From NCBI RefSeq assembly GCF_009914755.1, contig NC_060948.1: a stretch of DNA of 64,000 bases. One strand, 5' to 3'. Shown in pieces: positions 56,412 through 64,000 of the stretch (within the stretch, counting starts at the first letter, position 1; each line of letters starts with the position of its first letter). A program made the position numbers and the translations under genes. Origin of the DNA: the human T2T-CHM13v2.0 reference genome, Homo sapiens. Under the pieces are notes generated by a model. It made no database searches, was not told the DNA's origin, and worked only from the letters and a program-made list of their open reading frames with translations.

Positions 56412-58515
56412 AGATCCATATTTTTTAAATGAAAAAAAATTTCAAAGGTACTCTGCTTGGTACAATAATCAAATGTATAAACTGAGGAATAAAACATAAC
56501 CATGAAACCTACTTATAACTGCATATGGAAAATACAGAGGATAATTTCTTAAATAACATATTTTGAAAGCCTTAACTAGTAATTTGAAGAGTTGGCATTT
56601 GAAAGGCCAGTATGAATATACCTTCAAAGCAGCAACACAGGTTCCCCATGAGAAAAAGCAAACTCAGGGAAAATAAAACCACAAAGGTTCAATCTCTTCT
56701 GACCTTTGAAAGACACAGCACAGACAGTGGTCCTTAGGACGAAGAGCAGGAGACCCCTAATTCCGTCACCATGGCGATAGGGCATAAACATTGCTGGGTG
56801 AGGGCACAATCCACATTGAGAGGTCCAACTGCTGCCAGGAAGACAGGAGTGCTTTTATATAGACCGAAAGGTCATTGAAGGCTCAGAGTTTTGTTTCAAG
56901 AACTGAATCCCAAGCCCACACGTTATTAGGCTGCGCTTCTTAAAACAAGTTATGAGATGGGAAAAAGGGCACCCACAAACATACGTATACATTATGTATA
57001 TAATAATATACAGTATCATATATATAATATATATAACCTATGTATAATATTGTTTTACATCCTGCATCTTATATTATATATATTGTATAAAATATAAAAT
57101 TCATAATACATAACGTTTATATTTATACAATATGACATATAGTATATATTATAACTTATGTCATATATAATATATGTTATATATCATATATAGAATATAT
57201 TATACGGTTAATATACGTATTAAATATAAATTATACATTATATATATTATATAAAATATATCTGTTATATATAATACCCTTTATGCATAATATATATATT
57301 ATGTCTATGTTATATATAGTATAAAACAACATATAATAATATATAATTGTATATATAAAATGCGACATATAATATATATTATATTTTATGACATATGTAA
57401 TATATATTATATATTATATATAATACGTTGTATGTATAATACCTATATTAAATATATATTATATGACTATGTTATTAATTACACGTCCCATATGTTATAT
57501 ATTATATATTTTACATAGAATATACCGGTTAAATACAATATATACTATGTTACCTATAATGTATAATTGATTACATGTAAAATAAAGAATGCAATATATT
57601 ATGTATAATTTATAATATACAATATGTGGAATGTGATATATATAACATATAATATATGATATATGATATACAGTAGATGATATATAACACACAATATATG
57701 ATACCTAATATATATTGTATACAATATATATTTTATGATATGTATTCTATATGTTTTATATTCTGTTATATATAACTATTTGAAATTATATATAACTGTA
57801 TAATATTTTATGTAAATATGTAATATAATATATATAACTATATAATATATTATATATAACTATATATTATGTTATATATACTTTTATAACATAATTTACA
57901 TTAAATATCATAATATAATATATATTATATTATTTCACATTACATAATATATATTACATATCACCCAATATAAGTAACATACATAATATTATAATATAGA
58001 TTATATTATGTTATATTAAATATCATATATATCATGTATCATATATTCTATAATATATATTACACATTATATAATATGTATGTTGTCTATTATGTGATAT
58101 ATATAACTATATATATAATTATATTATTTTACATATAACTAGATAAACATGTAATTCTACATATTTTCATTTATAATATATAGAATTATATAATCATATA
58201 TAATTATTTATATTCTATAAAAAATTATGTCATTATATAAATTATAATATATAAAAATTATAATATGTACTACAAATATATATATTATATATCATATATG
58301 ATATAGTACCTTTGTTATATATCATAATACATATAAATGTGTATTATGTTATCTATAATTATATAATTTCATATATAAGATGTATAATATGTATCATATA
58401 TTATATAAGTTATGTAATATATATAGTATATATAAGATGACACAGGATAAATATTATAAACTATGACATATAAAATATATGAGGTTATATGTTACATATA
58501 AGGCATAGCACATAA

Positions 58516-58830
<315 letters not shown>

Positions 58831-60933
58831 AGATCCATATTTTTTAAATGAAAAAAAATTTCAAAGGTACTCTGCTTGGTACAATAATCAAATCTATAAA
58901 CTGAGGAATAAAACATAACCATGAAACCTACTTATAACTGCATATGGAAAATACAGAGGATAATTTTTTAAGTAACATATTTTGAAAGCCTTAACTAGTA
59001 ATTTGAAGAGTTGGCATTTGAAAGGCCAGTATGAATATACCTTCAAAGCAGCAACACAGGTTCCCCATGAGAAAAAGCAAACTCAGGGAAAATAAAACCA
59101 CAAAGGTTCAATCTCTTCTGACCTTTGAAAGACACAGCACAGACAGTGGTCCTTAGGACGAAGAGCAGGAGACCCCTAATTCCGTCACCATGGCGATAGG
59201 GCATAAACATTGCTGGGTGAGGGCACAATCCACATTGTGAGGTCCAACTGCTGCCAGGAAGACAGGAGTGCTTTTACATAGACCGAAAGGTCATTGAAGG
59301 CTCAGAGTTTTGTTTCAAGAACTGAATCCCAAGCCCACACGTTATTAGGCTGCGCTTCTTAAAACAAGTTATGAGATGGGAAAAAGGGCACCCACAAACA
59401 TACGTATACATTATGTATATAATAATATACAGTATCATATATATAATATATATAACCTATGTATAATATTGTTTTACATCCTGCATCTTATGTTATATAT
59501 ATTGTATAAAATATAATAATTGATAATATATAAGTTTTATATTTATACAATATGACATATAGTATATATTATAATTTATGACATATATAATATATGTTAT
59601 ATATCATATATAGAATATATTATACGGTTAATATACGTATTAAATATAAATTATACATTATATATATTATATATAATATATCTGTTATATATAATACGCA
59701 TTATGCATAATATATATTATGTCTATGTTATATATAGTATAAAACAACATATAATAATATATATTTGTATATATAAAATGCGACATATAATATATATTAT
59801 ATTTTATAACATACGTAATATGTATTATATATTATATATAATACGTTGTATGTATAATACCTATATTAAATATATATTATATGACTATGTTATTAATTAC
59901 ATGTCACATGTGTTATATATTATAAATTTTACATAGAATATACCGGTTACATACAATATATACTATGTTACCTATAATGTATAATTTATTACATGTAAAA
60001 TAAAGAATGCAATATATTATGTATAATTTATAATATACAATATGTGGAATATGATATATATAACATATGATATATGATATATGATATACAGTATGTGATA
60101 TATAACATACAATATATGATTCCTAATATATATGGTAAACAATATATATTTTATGATATATATTCTATATGTTTTATATTCTGTTATATGTAACTATTTG
60201 AAATTATATATAACTGTATAATATTTTATGTAAATATGTAATATAATATATATAACTATGTAATATATTATATATAACTATATATTATGTTATATATACT
60301 TTTATAACATAATTTATATAAAATATCATAATATAATATATATTATATTATTTCATATTACATAATATATATTACATATCACCCAATATAAGTAAGATAC
60401 ATAATATTATAATATAGATTATATTATGTTATATTAAATATCATATATATCATGTATCATATATTCTATAATATATATTATACATTATATAATATGTATG
60501 TTGTCTATTATGTGATATATATAACTATATATATAATTATATTATTATACATATAACTAGATAAACATGTAATTCTACACATTTACATTTATAATATATA
60601 GAATTATATAATCATATATAATTATTTATATTCTATAAAAAATTATATCATTATATAAATTATAATATATAAAAATTATAATATGTACTACAAATATATA
60701 TATTATATATCATATATGATATAGTACCTTTGTTATATATCATAATACATATAAATGTGTATTATATTATCTATAATTATATAATTTCATATATAAGTTG
60801 TATAATATGTATCATATATTATATATGTTATGTAATATATATAGTATATATAAGATGACACAGGATAAATATTATATACTATGACATATAAAATATATGA
60901 GGTTATATGTTTCATATAAGGCATAGCACATAA

Positions 60934-61248
<315 letters not shown>

Positions 61249-63374
61249 AGATCCATATTTTTTAAATGAAAAAAAATTTCAAAGGTACTCTGCTTGGTAC
61301 AATAATCAAATGTATAAACTGAGGAATAAAACATAACCATGAAACCTACTTATAACTGCATATGGAAAATACAGAGGATAATTTTTTAAATAACATATTT
61401 TGAAAGCCTTAACTAGTAATTTGAAGAGTTGGCATTTGAAAGGCCAGTATGAATATAACTTCAAAGCAGCAACACAGGTTCCCCATGAGAAAAAGCAAAC
61501 ACAGGGAAAATAAAACCACAAAGGTTCAATCTCTTCTGACCTTTGAAAGACACAGCACAGACAGTGGTCCTTAGGACGAAGAGCAGGAGACCCCTAATTC
61601 CGTCACCATGGCGATAGGGCATAAACATTGCTGGGTGAGGGCACAATCCACATTGTGAGGTCCAACTGCTGCCAGGAAGACAGGAGTGCTTTTACATAGA
61701 CCGAAAGGTCATTGAAGGCTCAGAGTTTTGTTTCAAGAACTGAATCCCAAGCCCACACGTTATTAGGCTGCGCTTCTTAAAACAAGTTATGAGATGGGAA
61801 AAAGGGCACCTACAAACATACGTATACATTATGTATATAATAATATACAGTATCATATATATAATATATATAACCTATGTATAATATTGTTTTACATCCT
61901 GTATCTTATGTTATATATATTGTATAAAATATAATAATTGATAGTATATATGTTTTATATTTATACAATATGACATATAGTATATATTATAATTTATGAC
62001 ATATATAATATATGTTATATATCATATATAGAATATATTATACGGTTAATATACGTATTAAATATAAATTCTACATTATATATATTATATATAATATATC
62101 TGTTATATATAATACCCATTATGCATAATATATATATTATGTCTATGTTATATATAGTATAAAACAACATATAATAATATATAATTGTATATATAAAATG
62201 CGACATATAATATATATTATATTTTATAACATATGTAATATATATTATATATTATATATAATACGTTGTATGTATAATACCTATATTAAATATATATTAT
62301 ACGACTATGTTATTAATTACATGTCACATGTGTTATATATTATATATTTTACATAGAATATACCGGTTACATACAGTATATACTATGTTACCTATAATGT
62401 ATAATTTAATACATGTAAAATAAAGAATGCAGTATATTATGTATAATTTATAATATACCATATGTGGAATGTGATATATATAACATATAATATATGATAT
62501 ATGATATACACTATATGATATATAACATACAATATATGATTCCTAATATATATGGTATACAATATATATTTTATGATACGTATTCTATATGTTTTATATT
62601 CTGTTATATATAACTATTTGAAATTATATATAACTGTATAATATTTTATGTAAATATGTAATATAATATATATAACTATATAATATATTATATATAACTA
62701 TATATTATGTTATATATACTTTTACAACATAATTTACATAAATTAGCATAATATAATATATATTATATTATTTCATATTACATAATATATATTACATATC
62801 ACCCAATATAACTAACATACATAATATTATAATATAGATTATATTGTGTTATATTAAATATCATATATATCATGTATCATATATTCTATAATATATATTA
62901 CACATTATATAAAATGTATGTTGTCTATTATGTGATATATATAACTATATATAATTATATTTTTATACATATAACTAGATAAACATGTAATTCTACATAT
63001 TTTCATTTATAATATGTAGAATTATATAATCATATATAATTATTTATATTCTATAAAAAATTTTATCATTATATAAATTATAATAAATAAAAATTATAAT
63101 ATGTACTACAAATATATATATTATATATCATATATGCTATAGTACCTTTGTTATATATCATAATACATATAAATGTGTATTATGTTATCTATAGTTATAT
63201 AATTTCATATATAAGATGTATAATATGTATCATATATTCTATATGTTATGTAATATATATAGTATATATAAGATGACACAGGATAAATATTATATACTAT
63301 GACATATAAAATATATCAGGTTATATGTTACATATAAGTCATAGCACATAACATGTAATATATATCATATATAA

Positions 63375-63666
63375 TTTTTTTTTAGACAGAATCTTGTCCT
63401 GTTGCACAGGGTGGGGTACAATGGCGCCATCTTTGCTCACTGCAACTTCTGCCTCACGGGTCCAAGCGATTGTCCTCCCTCAGCCTCCCAGGAAGCTGGG
63501 ACTACACCACACTGGGACTACACCAGCTGCCACCATGCCTAGCTAATTTTTTGGATTTTTAGTAGTGACAGCGTTTCACTGTATTGGCCAGGATGGTCTT
63601 GATCTCTTCACCTTGTGATCCCCTTGCCTTGGCCTCCAAATTTGCTGGGATTACAGGCCTGAGCCA
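63375..63666 (-). mobile_element. Diverged Alu of U27
   Basis: Same antisense Alu as U1. Confidence 0.92.
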
Positions 63667-64000
63667 AGATCCATATTTTTTAAATGAAAAAAAATTTCAA
63701 AGGTACTCTGCTTGGTACAATAATCAAATGTATAAACTGAGGAATAAAACATAACCATGAAACCTACTTATAACTGCATATGGAAAATACAGAGGATAAT
63801 TTTTTAAATAACATATTTTGAAAGCCTTAACTAGTAATTTGAAGAGCTGGCATTTGAAAGGCCAGTATGAATATACCTTCAAAGCAGCAACACAGGTTCC
63901 CCATGAGAAAAAGCAAACACAGGGAAAATAAAAACACAAAGGTTCAATCTCTTCTGACCTTTGAAAGACACAGCACAGACAGTGGTCCTTAGGACGAAGA

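Overview
The whole 64 kb is one uninterrupted head-to-tail tandem array of a ~2.42 kb composite primate satellite. It matches human DYZ2 / HSat1B, typical of Yq12 heterochromatin; smaller HSat1B arrays exist on acrocentric short arms, so the chromosome is inferred. An anchor motif (TCAAAGCAGC) recurs 27 times from 1001 to 63879 with spacings of 2415-2421 bp; these units are called U1-U27 below. Each unit is a diverged, 5'-truncated minus-strand Alu (~290 bp), then an HSATI-like segment (~570 bp), then a very AT-rich low-complexity tract (~1.55 kb). I find no credible protein-coding or RNA gene, no DYZ1 (GGAAT)n block, no inversion and no new biological system. The interesting signal is in the unit-to-unit variants, read by eye: two haplotype families in alternating domains, a 3-unit periodicity, a colinear condensed re-copy of the first half in the second half, recombinant units, conversion-like patches, and one variant that alternates between the two halves of a 16-bp duplication inside the Alu.
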